A DNA stretch of 64,000 bases from an uncultured Clostridia bacterium (lineage in GTDB: Bacteria; Bacillota; Clostridia; TANB77; CAG-465): positions 10,163 through 74,162 of the forward strand of contig CALXJF010000002.1 of assembly GCA_944388575.1 (NCBI GenBank), read 5' to 3'. Every line of letters starts with the position of its first letter. Within the stretch, counting starts at the first letter, position 1. This document shows, piece by piece, positions 1 to 8,819 of the stretch. The notes under the pieces were generated by a model. It was not told the DNA's origin and did no database searches. It was given only the letters and a program-made list of their open reading frames with translations. Made by a program: the position numbers and the translations under genes.

Positions 1-117
1 TCACCAAAGATTGCAAAAATCGAAGTGAAAAGACAAAGTAAAGTTAGAAGAGCAAAATTATATTATTTAAGAGATAGAGTTGGAAAAGCTGCTAAGACTA
101 AAGAAAAGCTTAATTAA
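1..117 (+). CDS. rplS: 50S ribosomal protein L19, C-terminal end (5' part outside window)
   Basis: Frame 1 reads ...[23 protein letters not shown], which is the conserved L19 C-terminal motif. Stop at 115-117. Confidence 0.8.
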   Translation, partial: SPKIAKIEVKRQSKVRRAKLYYLRDRVGKAAKTKEKLN

Positions 118-123
118 TAATAG

Positions 124-163
124 ATAAACTGCGAGAAAGTTTAGATATTTTCTTGCAGTTTAT
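124..163. terminator. Bidirectional hairpin terminator between convergent rplS and the Ham1-like gene
   Basis: ataaactgcgagaa (124-137) pairs with ttcttgcagtttat (150-163) with one G:U pair. The hairpin is flanked by A/T runs. Confidence 0.55.
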
Positions 164-175
164 TGCTTTTAGTTA

Positions 176-748
176 TTAGATATTTTGTATCCAATTAGCA
201 AATTGCTCTATTGTTTCGGGGGCTGAGTTTTTTTTCCTTTCTATACGCTCTTTTTCAGTCATTTGAGCAATTGTTTTTTCATATCCTTTTGGAATGAATA
301 CTTTCCAAAGTTCACTCCATGAATTCTTAGGTAGTGTTCCAATTTTTTCATAAGTTAATGTTCCAGGAATTTTACTAGTAAAAATTTTTTGCTTTTTACC
401 GTCATAAAAAGCTAAGGCTTCATAAAAATAGCATTCCCTATTTGTACTATCTTCCATTAATTTAAGTATTCCATCTATTCCTATTGTATCAAGTACAAAA
501 TTTACAAATGTTTTAGGAAAACCATTAAGTTTTAGAATATAAAATCCTACATCAATAGCAAAACAAGGTGATTTAACTTTGTCATATGCTTGGAGTACTT
601 TTGATTTGGATATTTCTACAACATCATAAGATCTAGGTTCTACTAGCTCATAATTATAGCCTTTTAATAAGATAGGTGTATTTTCAAATACTTTTTTTGC
701 ACTAGCTAGTTTCCCTTCATTCGAAGTGACAAAGATTATTTCTTTCAT
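176..748 (-). CDS. Ham1/ITPase-family non-canonical purine NTP pyrophosphatase-like protein
   Basis: 190-aa ORF. The N-terminus IIFVTSNEGKL resembles the Ham1/RdgB start motif and the length is typical of the family. RBS aggagg lies upstream on the minus strand. Confidence 0.55.
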   Translation of the reverse strand: MKEIIFVTSNEGKLASAKKVFENTPILLKGYNYELVEPRSYDVVEISKSKVLQAYDKVKSPCFAIDVGFYILKLNGFPKTFVNFVLDTIGIDGILKLMEDSTNRECYFYEALAFYDGKKQKIFTSKIPGTLTYEKIGTLPKNSWSELWKVFIPKGYEKTIAQMTEKERIERKKNSAPETIEQFANWIQNI

Positions 749-970
749 GATTTTTCCTCCTTACAAATTGGTTAAGAATATTCTTTTATTATTTTTATTA
801 TATCATTAATGTCAATATTTGTAATATATAAATTGTATTATGAAATTAGTTGAAAAAATGAGATACTTATAGTACAATTATATACATAAATAATGTTATA
901 TTAAAGGAATATATAAGTAAATCACTTTTTATTTTAATATTGGTATAAAATAAAAAAGGAGAAATAATAG

Positions 971-1501
971 ATGAAAGTATATATAGTTAGACATGGAGAA
1001 GTGTCTTTCAATGTGTTAAAATGTTATAGCACAATAGATGAAGATTTAACTGATGTTGGAGTAATACAAGCTCGAAATTTGAGACAAAAAATCAAGGATA
1101 TAAAATATGATATTATAATATCATCTCCTTTAGTTAGAGCAAAACATACTGCAGATATTATTAATTTTAATAGAAAAGAAATTGTTACTGATGAAAGAAT
1201 TAAAGAAAGAGATTGTGGGGATTTATCTGGAAAACCATTAAATGCGATTGATCGTGATGAATATTGGAATTATAATACAAGTATTAAATATGGAACTTCA
1301 GAAGATATACAATTATTTTTTAGAAGAATTTATAGTTTTTTAGATGAATTAAGAACAAAAGAATATAGCAGTGTATTAATTGTTGCTCATAGTGGAGTTT
1401 CAAAGGTTTTTAGTGCATATTTTGAAGGAATAAACGAGGGGATGTTTTTAGATAGAGGACTTAAAAATTGTGAAATAAAAGAATATAATTTAAAAAAATG
1501 A
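971..1501 (+). CDS. Histidine phosphatase (phosphoglycerate mutase-like) family protein
   Basis: Has the N-terminal VRHGE (RHG) catalytic motif and a later VAHSG histidine motif. RBS aaaggag lies upstream. Confidence 0.75.
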   Translation: MKVYIVRHGEVSFNVLKCYSTIDEDLTDVGVIQARNLRQKIKDIKYDIIISSPLVRAKHTADIINFNRKEIVTDERIKERDCGDLSGKPLNAIDRDEYWNYNTSIKYGTSEDIQLFFRRIYSFLDELRTKEYSSVLIVAHSGVSKVFSAYFEGINEGMFLDRGLKNCEIKEYNLKK

Positions 1502-1519
1502 ATGGAGTGTAAATAAATT

Positions 1520-1981
1520 ATGAAAATAGTAGTACCAGCAATTAATGATTTAAAGATAATAGATAAAATAGCAGTGCAAGTTCATGAATGTCATGTTAAT
1601 TGGAGACCAGATATTTTTAAGCATACAAAAAGTATTATGAATGAGGAAAAATTGTCAAATTTGATTAAAAATAATGAAATATTTGTAGCAATAATAAATA
1701 AAGAGATTGTAGGATATGTTATTATATCTTCAAGAGAGATGAAAATGGAGGGGTACATATATAGAAAACAGATTAAAATTGAAGCAATAGGAGTAGATGA
1801 AAATTATAGAAATCAAGGTGTTGGAAGTAAGTTACTAGAATTTATGAAAGAATATGCTAGAGAAAATAATTATACTGATATAAAACTAACAGTTAATGAA
1901 GAAAATGAAAGTGCTAAGCATCTTTATGAAAAAGTAGGTTTTAAAGTAGAAAATATTGCATATTCAATGCCTATTAAATAA
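1520..1981 (+). CDS. GNAT family N-acetyltransferase
   Basis: Acetyl-CoA binding motif RNQGVGSKLLE (R/Q-x-x-G-x-G/A) in a protein of ~150 aa. Confidence 0.8.
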   Translation: MKIVVPAINDLKIIDKIAVQVHECHVNWRPDIFKHTKSIMNEEKLSNLIKNNEIFVAIINKEIVGYVIISSREMKMEGYIYRKQIKIEAIGVDENYRNQGVGSKLLEFMKEYARENNYTDIKLTVNEENESAKHLYEKVGFKVENIAYSMPIK

Positions 1982-2084
1982 TTAAAAACTAAAAGAGAAC
2001 TTGTCCTATGATGAGTATTTAAAATACAATACTGTAAAAAATCAAAAAGTAAAAAATAATTAATTATTAGAAGGAGATATTAAA

Positions 2085-2999
2085 ATGGTATATCTAAATA
2101 ATAAGGATCAAAATGATTATAAAAAAAGACCAGGAGCTTATGCTATTATTGAAAATGACAATAATGAAATAGCAGTTGTAAAAGATGACACAAATGACCT
2201 ATTTTATTTTGGTGGAGGCGTTGAAGTTGGTGAAAGTAGTATTGAAGCATTAAATAGAGAGATGTTAGAAGAGGCAGGTTATACTTTATCTAATATATCA
2301 TATTTTACTGAAGTTGGAGAATTTTTAAAATCAACAAGTGGAAAATACATAGAGGTAATGGCAACAATTTATACAGCTAAATTAGACAAAAAGGTTACAG
2401 AACCTGTTGAAAAGGATCATCATATTTTATGGATAAATCCATCAGAATATCAAAATAAATTATTTAGAAATTGGCAAAATTATGTTTTAAATCTATATAT
2501 TAATTATAAAAAGAGTTATGACGGGGCGATTTCAAGAGATATATTAAGGAATAAATTTGTATTTTGGGATATAGATGGTACTTTAGTCCCATATAGGTTT
2601 AATAATCATGTTACAGCATCAGATAGTTATGAAAATGGCATGTCTATTAAAGAAATAGAGGAAGGAATATTTTTAAAACGCAAGCCCTCAAGATTTATGC
2701 AAAGAGTGTTAACAGATGCAAATGTAACTAATAAAAATATTGTAATTGGACATTTTATCAACGATAAAGAAATTAGGGATAAACAAGAATGGTTAAATAT
2801 TTATTTTCCAATGATTGAAGAAAGAATTTGGGTTTATAATAATAATTCTAAAGCGGATTATATTATAGAATATTGTAAAAAAAATAATATTAATTTAAAA
2901 GATGTTGTTTTTATTGATGATGTAATAAAATTTTTAAGAGAGGCAGAAAGTAAAGGAATAGAATCATGGCATATTAGTAGTTTCTTAGATTTTAATTAA
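2085..2999 (+). CDS. NUDIX hydrolase fused to a HAD-like (5'(3')-deoxyribonucleotidase-like) domain
   Basis: Nudix box GGGVEVGESSIEALNREMLEEAGY in the N-terminal half. HAD motif I FWDIDGT and the late FIDDV motif in the C-terminal half. Confidence 0.6.
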   Translation: MVYLNNKDQNDYKKRPGAYAIIENDNNEIAVVKDDTNDLFYFGGGVEVGESSIEALNREMLEEAGYTLSNISYFTEVGEFLKSTSGKYIEVMATIYTAKLDKKVTEPVEKDHHILWINPSEYQNKLFRNWQNYVLNLYINYKKSYDGAISRDILRNKFVFWDIDGTLVPYRFNNHVTASDSYENGMSIKEIEEGIFLKRKPSRFMQRVLTDANVTNKNIVIGHFINDKEIRDKQEWLNIYFPMIEERIWVYNNNSKADYIIEYCKKNNINLKDVVFIDDVIKFLREAESKGIESWHISSFLDFN

Positions 3000-3136
3000 T
3001 GTAATTCTAGAAGGTAATGTTTAAAAGATGATATACCACTTATACCAAATTTTAAAATATATTTATATAAAAATAAATAAGGAAAGGAGAGTTATGATAT
3101 ATTTAAGTTGTTAGATATATTATACAAGTGTAATAT

Positions 3137-3697
3137 ATGAAAAATGAATTTTTAGAAAAATTACAAGAGGATGAAAACTTATTATTTTATGGAGTTGCAG
3201 ATGTTAGTAGAACTAGTAAACACTTTGGTAGATTTATTTTAGGATTTATAGTATTAACAATCTTTTGGATTTTAATTATAGCAAGCATGAGAAATATGGG
3301 AGGGTTAAGCTTTGATAGGATAATAATTATGCTCGTTCTAGGCATAATTACATTACTATTATTTTATGGATTAATTCATAACATATGTTTGAAATTTAAA
3401 AATAGTAATAATGAATATTTTGTTACAAATAAACGTATTGCGAAGTATAATTTAAAGGCTGGTTTTAGAATAGAAAATATAGACAATATAGAACATATTG
3501 GGATAGCTAGAGAAAAGAATAATTATGGAGATATAATGTTTAATTTTTATAATAATAATTTGCTGGAACAAATGAAAAACGGGATGACTTTTGAAGGGAT
3601 AGAAAATCCTAGAGAAATTATTAGATTAATTACTAGTATTAACAAAAATGTTCATGTATATGATGATAGACCTACAATATTAGGAAAAAGAATTTAA
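3137..3697 (+). CDS. Membrane protein with a bacterial PH-like C-terminal domain
   Basis: Two hydrophobic helices follow the N-terminus. The segment YFVTNKRIAKY...IENIEHIGI resembles bPH (YdbS/T-like) domains. Weak call. Confidence 0.4.
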   Translation: MKNEFLEKLQEDENLLFYGVADVSRTSKHFGRFILGFIVLTIFWILIIASMRNMGGLSFDRIIIMLVLGIITLLLFYGLIHNICLKFKNSNNEYFVTNKRIAKYNLKAGFRIENIDNIEHIGIAREKNNYGDIMFNFYNNNLLEQMKNGMTFEGIENPREIIRLITSINKNVHVYDDRPTILGKRI

Positions 3698-3738
3698 ACA
3701 TAAATTAAGTAAAACAATGTGAATAAGAGTAATGAAAA

Positions 3739-3887
3739 TTTTTTGTAGATATTAAATAGTCCAATCTTTTTATATTTTAATGTTTAGAATAAACAAATAG
3801 TAAATTATAAGGAGATGTAAATGCTAGATTTAATAGAAATAGATATTAAGGAATTTGAAAAATATAGGATTATAGAAAATATGTTTT
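3739..3887 (+). repeat. Copy A of a ~150-nt near-identical duplicated segment (partner 4695-4850)
   Basis: Direct comparison: ttttttgtagatatta(a/g)atagtccaatctttttatattttaatgtttagaataaacaaata(g/t)taaattataaggagatgtaaatgctagatttaatagaaatagatattaaggaatttgaaaaata. Confidence 0.9.
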
Positions 3888-3901
3888 ATAGAAGTAGGTA
3901 A
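3821..3901 (+). CDS. Mini-ORF (26 aa, MLDLIEIDIKEFEKYRIIENMFYRSR) inside repeat copy A
   Basis: ATG lies 8 nt after aaggag. The first 18 codons are conserved in copy B. Expression is unproven. Confidence 0.3.
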   Translation: MLDLIEIDIKEFEKYRIIENMFYRSR

Positions 3902-3914
3902 AGGAGAAAAATGT

Positions 3915-4526
3915 ATGGAATATATAGAAGAGATTTTATCAAAAGGCTCAAAAGATAATAAAATAGATATTGTTGGTATTATAATATCTGGAATTATGTT
4001 TTTTACTACAATTCCTATAATTGTTATATTTTTTAATGGTTCAGATTTGTTAGTATTAATGTTTTTTTTAGGATTTTTTTTGATGCCAATTATAGGATAT
4101 ATAATGGGAACAAAATTAGGAAAGCTTTTAATTAAACCTAAAAGAGTAAATTTTAATAAAACAAAACTATATAAGAAATTAGAAAAAAAGGGATATTTAA
4201 GAGAATTTATAGATACAATTAATAGAGAAATTGATAAGGAAAATACAATAAAGTATTATAATGAGGGAAATGGAGTTGGATTACTTATAACAGAAACGTG
4301 GTTTGTTGTTTTAGATACAATGTATCCTGAATTTGTAAAAGTAAGTGAAATAATAAAAATAAGCGAGGAACTTTATTATAAATCATCACAACATTTTATG
4401 TGTTTAGAACTTAAGAATAATGAATATATACATATAAGAAGATATTTATCCTGTGATGAAATTAAAGATGAAATTAAAATTAAATATCCAAATATACAAA
4501 TAGGTACAAGCATAATAGATAAATAA
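3915..4526 (+). CDS. Hypothetical membrane protein
   Basis: 203-aa ORF with RBS aaaggag upstream and two N-terminal hydrophobic helices. No recognisable family. Confidence 0.5.
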   Translation: MEYIEEILSKGSKDNKIDIVGIIISGIMFFTTIPIIVIFFNGSDLLVLMFFLGFFLMPIIGYIMGTKLGKLLIKPKRVNFNKTKLYKKLEKKGYLREFIDTINREIDKENTIKYYNEGNGVGLLITETWFVVLDTMYPEFVKVSEIIKISEELYYKSSQHFMCLELKNNEYIHIRRYLSCDEIKDEIKIKYPNIQIGTSIIDK

Positions 4527-4694
4527 GTAAATTATTAGATATATGAATGCTTAAATATGTTATTACTTTAAGAAACAATAGGGATTCAATATTTATCATG
4601 AAAGAGCAATGAAATAATTACAAGAGCATAATAAAAAAGGGTTTTTATAGGTGGTGTTTTTATTGAAAAATTTTATAGATTAATTCATAACATA

Positions 4695-4850
4695 TTTTTT
4701 GTAGATATTAGATAGTCCAATCTTTTTATATTTTAATGTTTAGAATAAACAAATATTAAATTATAAGGAGATGTAAATGCTAGATTTAATAGAAATAGAT
4801 ATTAAGGAATTTGAAAAATATAGAATTATACAAGATAAAAAATATGTTTT
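4695..4850 (+). repeat. Copy B of the duplicated segment (partner 3739-3887)
   Basis: Same sequence as copy A with a few substitutions and a 6-nt indel near the 3' end. The preceding 4672-4700 resembles 3362-3390 inside the ORF 3137-3697. Confidence 0.9.
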
Positions 4851-4887
4851 TTCTATGGATGAATTTTATAAGAAATATTTAGAATAG
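4777..4887 (+). CDS. Mini-ORF (36 aa, MLDLIEIDIKEFEKYRIIQDKKYVFSMDEFYKKYLE) inside repeat copy B
   Basis: Paralog of 3821-3901 with the same RBS. Its C-terminus is longer. Confidence 0.3.
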   Translation: MLDLIEIDIKEFEKYRIIQDKKYVFSMDEFYKKYLE

Positions 4888-4917
4888 AATAACAAAAATT
4901 AAAATAGGAGGTGTAGT

Positions 4918-5349
4918 TTGAAGATATTAATAATATGTAGTAAAAGATTTTATAGTAGTATTCCTAATATAAAAAGTGAATTGGAAAATAACAATATAGA
5001 AGTATTTTTGCCAAATTGTTATGATGACCCAACTACAGAAGAAAAAATGTGGGATTTAGGAAAAGAAGAACATCAAAAATTTAAAGCGAGAATGTATAAA
5101 CAAAGCGAAGATACAATAAAAAATATGGATGCTGTTTTAGTTCTAAATTTTGATAAAAATACTGGTGATAAAATTGAAAAAAATTATATAGGAGGAGCGA
5201 CTTTTTTGGAAATATATGATGCATTTAGATTAAATAAAATGATATATTTATATAATGACATCCCAAAAGGCATGCTGTATGATGAAATTCAAGGCTTTGA
5301 TCCTATTATAATAAATGGAGATTTATCAAAGGTAAAGGAGGAATTCTAA
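4918..5349 (+). CDS. Nucleoside 2-deoxyribosyltransferase-like superfamily protein (weak)
   Basis: 143-aa ORF with a TTG start after aggagg. The alternating beta/alpha pattern (KILIICSK...AVLVLNF...GGATFLEI) is reminiscent of the NDT-like fold. Low certainty. Confidence 0.35.
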   Translation: MKILIICSKRFYSSIPNIKSELENNNIEVFLPNCYDDPTTEEKMWDLGKEEHQKFKARMYKQSEDTIKNMDAVLVLNFDKNTGDKIEKNYIGGATFLEIYDAFRLNKMIYLYNDIPKGMLYDEIQGFDPIIINGDLSKVKEEF

Positions 5350-5356
5350 TTAGTGA

Positions 5357-5544
5357 AAATATAAAAAAAGCTCTGTTAGTATTAGAAGAATGAGAAAGTT
5401 TTATGAATTATATCCAATATGGTGGGCAGTGCCGACCGAATTATCTTGGTCTCATTTTCAAGATTAGTTAGGATTAATAGAAAAGAGGAAAGAGATTTTT
5501 ATGAACAAGAAGCTATTAAATCTAATTGGGGTATAGAGAGTTAA
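5357..5544 (+). pseudogene. Relic of a DUF1016/YhcG-type (PDDEXK nuclease) gene, N-terminal part only
   Basis: One frame gives RMRKFYELYPIWWAVPTELSWSHFQ and then a stop. The +1 frame continues LVRINRKEERDFYEQEAIKSNWG and then a stop. This matches the YhcG N-terminal region and the remainder is absent. Confidence 0.6.
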
Positions 5545-5665
5545 ATAGACAAATCTTGCTTACAAAATAGCATATGAAGGATTAGTAAAAAACTAAGCTA
5601 TTAAAAAAACTAAGCTATGAGGAAATACAAAAAGAATGTAAGAAAATTTAAGTTTTGCAAGTAAT

Positions 5666-6088
5666 ATGAGAAAGAATTTAGTAGAGATGTTAGATGAATT
5701 AAATCTGAATAAAAAAATTTCTATTGATTTCTGTTCAGAATTGTTTGAAAATAAAGATGAATTGATTCATACTACTTTAGATATCCCGTATTCAGTTTTT
5801 ATAAAAAATAAAAACTACACTGGATTCGGGCCTAAAATATTAGGCAATGAAATTCTAAAAAGTTATTTTGAAAAATATTTTTATAAAGAAGTTAAAAAAT
5901 TACCCAATACTTTTATAATACCTTTAGGAAAAGCGTTTGAAGAAGTTTTGGGATTGATGATAAGCAAAAAATTGATAAAAAAGGAACAATGCCTTTTAGG
6001 ATTCCCTCATCTATTGGATGCCAACGGACATAGAAAAATACAATTTAAAGATAACAAAGAAAATTTGATAAATATAGTTAATGAATAA
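5666..6088 (+). CDS. Hypothetical protein
   Basis: 140-aa ORF. The C-terminal ...IIPLGKAFEEVLG...LLGFPHLLDANGHR is faintly reminiscent of the uracil-DNA glycosylase superfamily end. Not assignable. Confidence 0.4.
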   Translation: MRKNLVEMLDELNLNKKISIDFCSELFENKDELIHTTLDIPYSVFIKNKNYTGFGPKILGNEILKSYFEKYFYKEVKKLPNTFIIPLGKAFEEVLGLMISKKLIKKEQCLLGFPHLLDANGHRKIQFKDNKENLINIVNE

Positions 6089-6147
6089 TTTAAATGAGAA
6101 GTTAAAAGTATTTACATCTAATTTAGAAAAATAATTGGAGGAATAAT

Positions 6148-6648
6148 ATGAGATATAAATTAATCAGACAAGAACCATATTGTTGTGTTCCTAGATGTTT
6201 ACAAATGATATTTGATAGAAGACATATTTCTTTTGAGTCGCAAATAGAGATAGCCAAAGAATTAGGGCTTAGAAATGACAAAGAGTATAAGGGGACGCAA
6301 GTAAACAAAGAAGAATATTCTATAACAAATTACCTAAAAAAACATAAAATACCTCTTAGTTTTAAATATTTTTTTATTACAGATTATAATGAAGCTAAAC
6401 ATTTTTTAAATAAGTATATAGAAGATGATATAATAGTATGCTATAAACGTGGTGTGATGTTTGACAAAAAAATGGAAGGCGGGCATGCAACTTTAATAGA
6501 AAAAGTCGAAGGCAATTCTATTATATTAATATATCCTGAGGACGAAAAAGGATATAGAGAAGTAACTTTAGAAAAAATGTTAGAAGCAATAAAATGTCAT
6601 AGTAAAGAAAATATGGCTGGTTTCTGGCTATTTCAAGATATAAGATAA
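6148..6648 (+). CDS. Papain-fold (C39-like) cysteine peptidase-like protein
   Basis: Q-x5-C arrangement (RQEPYCCVPRCLQMI) near the N-terminus and a later GGHATLI histidine, as in C39-like domains. RBS ggagga upstream. Confidence 0.4.
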   Translation: MRYKLIRQEPYCCVPRCLQMIFDRRHISFESQIEIAKELGLRNDKEYKGTQVNKEEYSITNYLKKHKIPLSFKYFFITDYNEAKHFLNKYIEDDIIVCYKRGVMFDKKMEGGHATLIEKVEGNSIILIYPEDEKGYREVTLEKMLEAIKCHSKENMAGFWLFQDIR

Positions 6649-6804
6649 ATAATAAGTGATAAAATGAAAGAAAAAGAAAAAAGTATGGCATCACAGCGTA
6701 TTGGGTGGGCGAGCCACATTTATGCTAAACCATATCCAAAACCTTATAAAATAAGGAATTTAGAAAATTGATTTTTTACATACTTAAGAGAAAAAGGTGA
6801 GATT

Positions 6805-7299
6805 ATGGCAATTATAATAGCAGGGTTTGCAACATGTGGAAAAAGTGTTTTGGGTAGAAAATATAGAAATGTTATAGATATAGAGTCTAGTTCATATAAG
6901 CATAAGAATTTTGATACTGATTTAACTGTTGAGCAAAGAAAAGGAACTAAACGTGAAATAAATGATGAATGGCCACAAAATTATTATAATGCTATAGATG
7001 AAGCATGTAAAAAATATGATGTTGTGTTGGTTCAATTAAAACCAGAACATTTTAATTATTTTGATGAAAATAATATAAAGTATTCAATTGCATATCCAAG
7101 CATTGATAATTGGAGTGAAGTGGAAAAAAGATGCATAGAAAGAGGGAATAATGAAGATTTTATAATTAGATTAAAACAAGTGTTTAAACCTTATTATGAA
7201 GATTCATTAAAAAGAAAATATGAAAAAATGTATATATTAAATAATACGGAAACGTTAGAAGATTGCTTAATAAAAGATAATATAAAGTTGATTAAATAA
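6805..7299 (+). CDS. Small P-loop NTPase / kinase-like protein
   Basis: N-terminal Walker A GFATCGKS in a 164-aa protein. RBS aaaggtga upstream. Confidence 0.5.
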   Translation: MAIIIAGFATCGKSVLGRKYRNVIDIESSSYKHKNFDTDLTVEQRKGTKREINDEWPQNYYNAIDEACKKYDVVLVQLKPEHFNYFDENNIKYSIAYPSIDNWSEVEKRCIERGNNEDFIIRLKQVFKPYYEDSLKRKYEKMYILNNTETLEDCLIKDNIKLIK

Positions 7300-7359
7300 A
7301 GGAAGTGATAAAAATGAATGAAAATAATGATAAGGAGTTGCATAAAAGCGTAATCAACT

Positions 7360-7381
7360 GGTATATACCGACTTTAGTTAA
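7360..7381 (+). repeat. Direct repeat 1 upstream of the RhuM-like gene (partner 7473-7493)
   Basis: ggtatataccgactttagttaa versus ggtaataccgacttaagttaa, about 110 nt apart. Confidence 0.6.
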
Positions 7382-7472
7382 CTTTTAATCAACCCTTTTG
7401 TTTATAAGCAATTTAATAGATTTGCTTTTTACATTTTTATAAATATAAATGATAATTTTTTATAAAAATAGT

Positions 7473-7493
7473 GGTAATACCGACTTAAGTTAA
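7473..7493 (+). repeat. Direct repeat 2 upstream of the RhuM-like gene
   Basis: See 7360-7381. This copy lies ~30 nt before the start codon at 7522. Confidence 0.6.
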
Positions 7494-7521
7494 TCAAATA
7501 TATAAGGAAAGGAGAATAGTA

Positions 7522-8529
7522 ATGCAAGAAAATGACTTAATTATATATAAAAATAGTGATGGCAATATTATAGTAGATGCAATATACAAAGATGAAACAT
7601 TATGGTTATCGCAAAAAGGAATGTCCAAGGTGTTTGAAGTAGGTGTTCCGGCAATATCAAAACATTTAAAAAATATATTTGAAGAAAACGAATTAGATAA
7701 AAACTCAGTTATTTCCAAAATGGAAATAACTGCGGATGATGGCAAAAACTACAATACAGAAGTATATAGTTTAGATGCAATAATAGCAGTAGGCTATCGT
7801 ATTAATTCAAAAAAGGCAACAGAATTTAGAATATGGGCAACTAAAATATTAAAAGAATATATGACAAAAGGTTTTGCATTAAATGATGAAAGATTTATAA
7901 AAGGTAATAAATATGATTCAAAATATTTTGATGAATTATTAGAACGTATTAAAACAATTAGAGTAAGTGAAAGAATGTCTTATCAAAAAATTACAGATTT
8001 ATTTATAGCAACTTCAACTGATTATAATCCTAAGTCAGAAGAAGCATATACTTTTTTTAAAATAGTTCAAAATAAACTGCATTATGCAATTAGTGGACAT
8101 ACTGCAGCTGAATTAATATATAGTAGAGCTAATTCAGAAAAAGAACATATGGGCTTGACTTCTTGGAAAAATTCTCCTGATGGTTTAATATATAAATATG
8201 ATGTAACGATTGCTAAAAATTATTTAAATGAAAAAGAATTAAACAAATTAAATGATTTAACAAATATGTTTTTAGTATTTGCAGAAGATGAAGCAAAAGA
8301 AAGACATATTATGACAATGAAAGATTGGATTAATGCAACAGATGATTTATTAAAATTCAGAAGAAAAGAAGTGTTACAAAATAGTGGCAATATATCTCAT
8401 AAACAAGCAGTAGAAAAAGCAGAGAGTGAATACGAAAAATATAGAATAATACAAGATCAACAATATATATCTTCAATGGATGAATTTTATAATAAATATT
8501 TAGAAGAAAGTAAAGGAGAACAAAATTAA
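7522..8529 (+). CDS. RhuM-family protein
   Basis: The N-terminal region ...ETLWLSQKGMSKVFEVGVPAISKHLKNIFEE.EL...YSLDAIIAVGYRINSKKATEFRIWATKILKEY is characteristic of RhuM-like proteins. Confidence 0.75.
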   Translation: MQENDLIIYKNSDGNIIVDAIYKDETLWLSQKGMSKVFEVGVPAISKHLKNIFEENELDKNSVISKMEITADDGKNYNTEVYSLDAIIAVGYRINSKKATEFRIWATKILKEYMTKGFALNDERFIKGNKYDSKYFDELLERIKTIRVSERMSYQKITDLFIATSTDYNPKSEEAYTFFKIVQNKLHYAISGHTAAELIYSRANSEKEHMGLTSWKNSPDGLIYKYDVTIAKNYLNEKELNKLNDLTNMFLVFAEDEAKERHIMTMKDWINATDDLLKFRRKEVLQNSGNISHKQAVEKAESEYEKYRIIQDQQYISSMDEFYNKYLEESKGEQN

Positions 8530-8819
8530 TGATAGGAGATGTATTATTAGGAATAGTATCATTATGTACATTAATTTCCTACTTACCACAAGCAATTAAA
8601 CTAGTTAAAACAAAAAAATCAAATGACTTAAGTACAACTTCTTGGATAATATGGGTTGTAAGCAGTTTTTCATATTCATTATATGCATTTTTATGTTCTG
8701 ATGAATTTATGTTAAAATTTGAAACAACACTAGAATTTTCTTTTTGTTTACTAATACTATTATTGACGATAAAATATAGAAAAAATAATAAAAGAGAAGG
8801 TGATAAAAATGATAAATAA
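8529..8819 (+). CDS. SemiSWEET / PQ-loop family transporter
   Basis: 96 aa with three hydrophobic helices and the PQ motif (ISYLPQAIKLVKTKKS). The start overlaps the RhuM stop (TAATG). Confidence 0.7.
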   Translation: MIGDVLLGIVSLCTLISYLPQAIKLVKTKKSNDLSTTSWIIWVVSSFSYSLYAFLCSDEFMLKFETTLEFSFCLLILLLTIKYRKNNKREGDKNDK

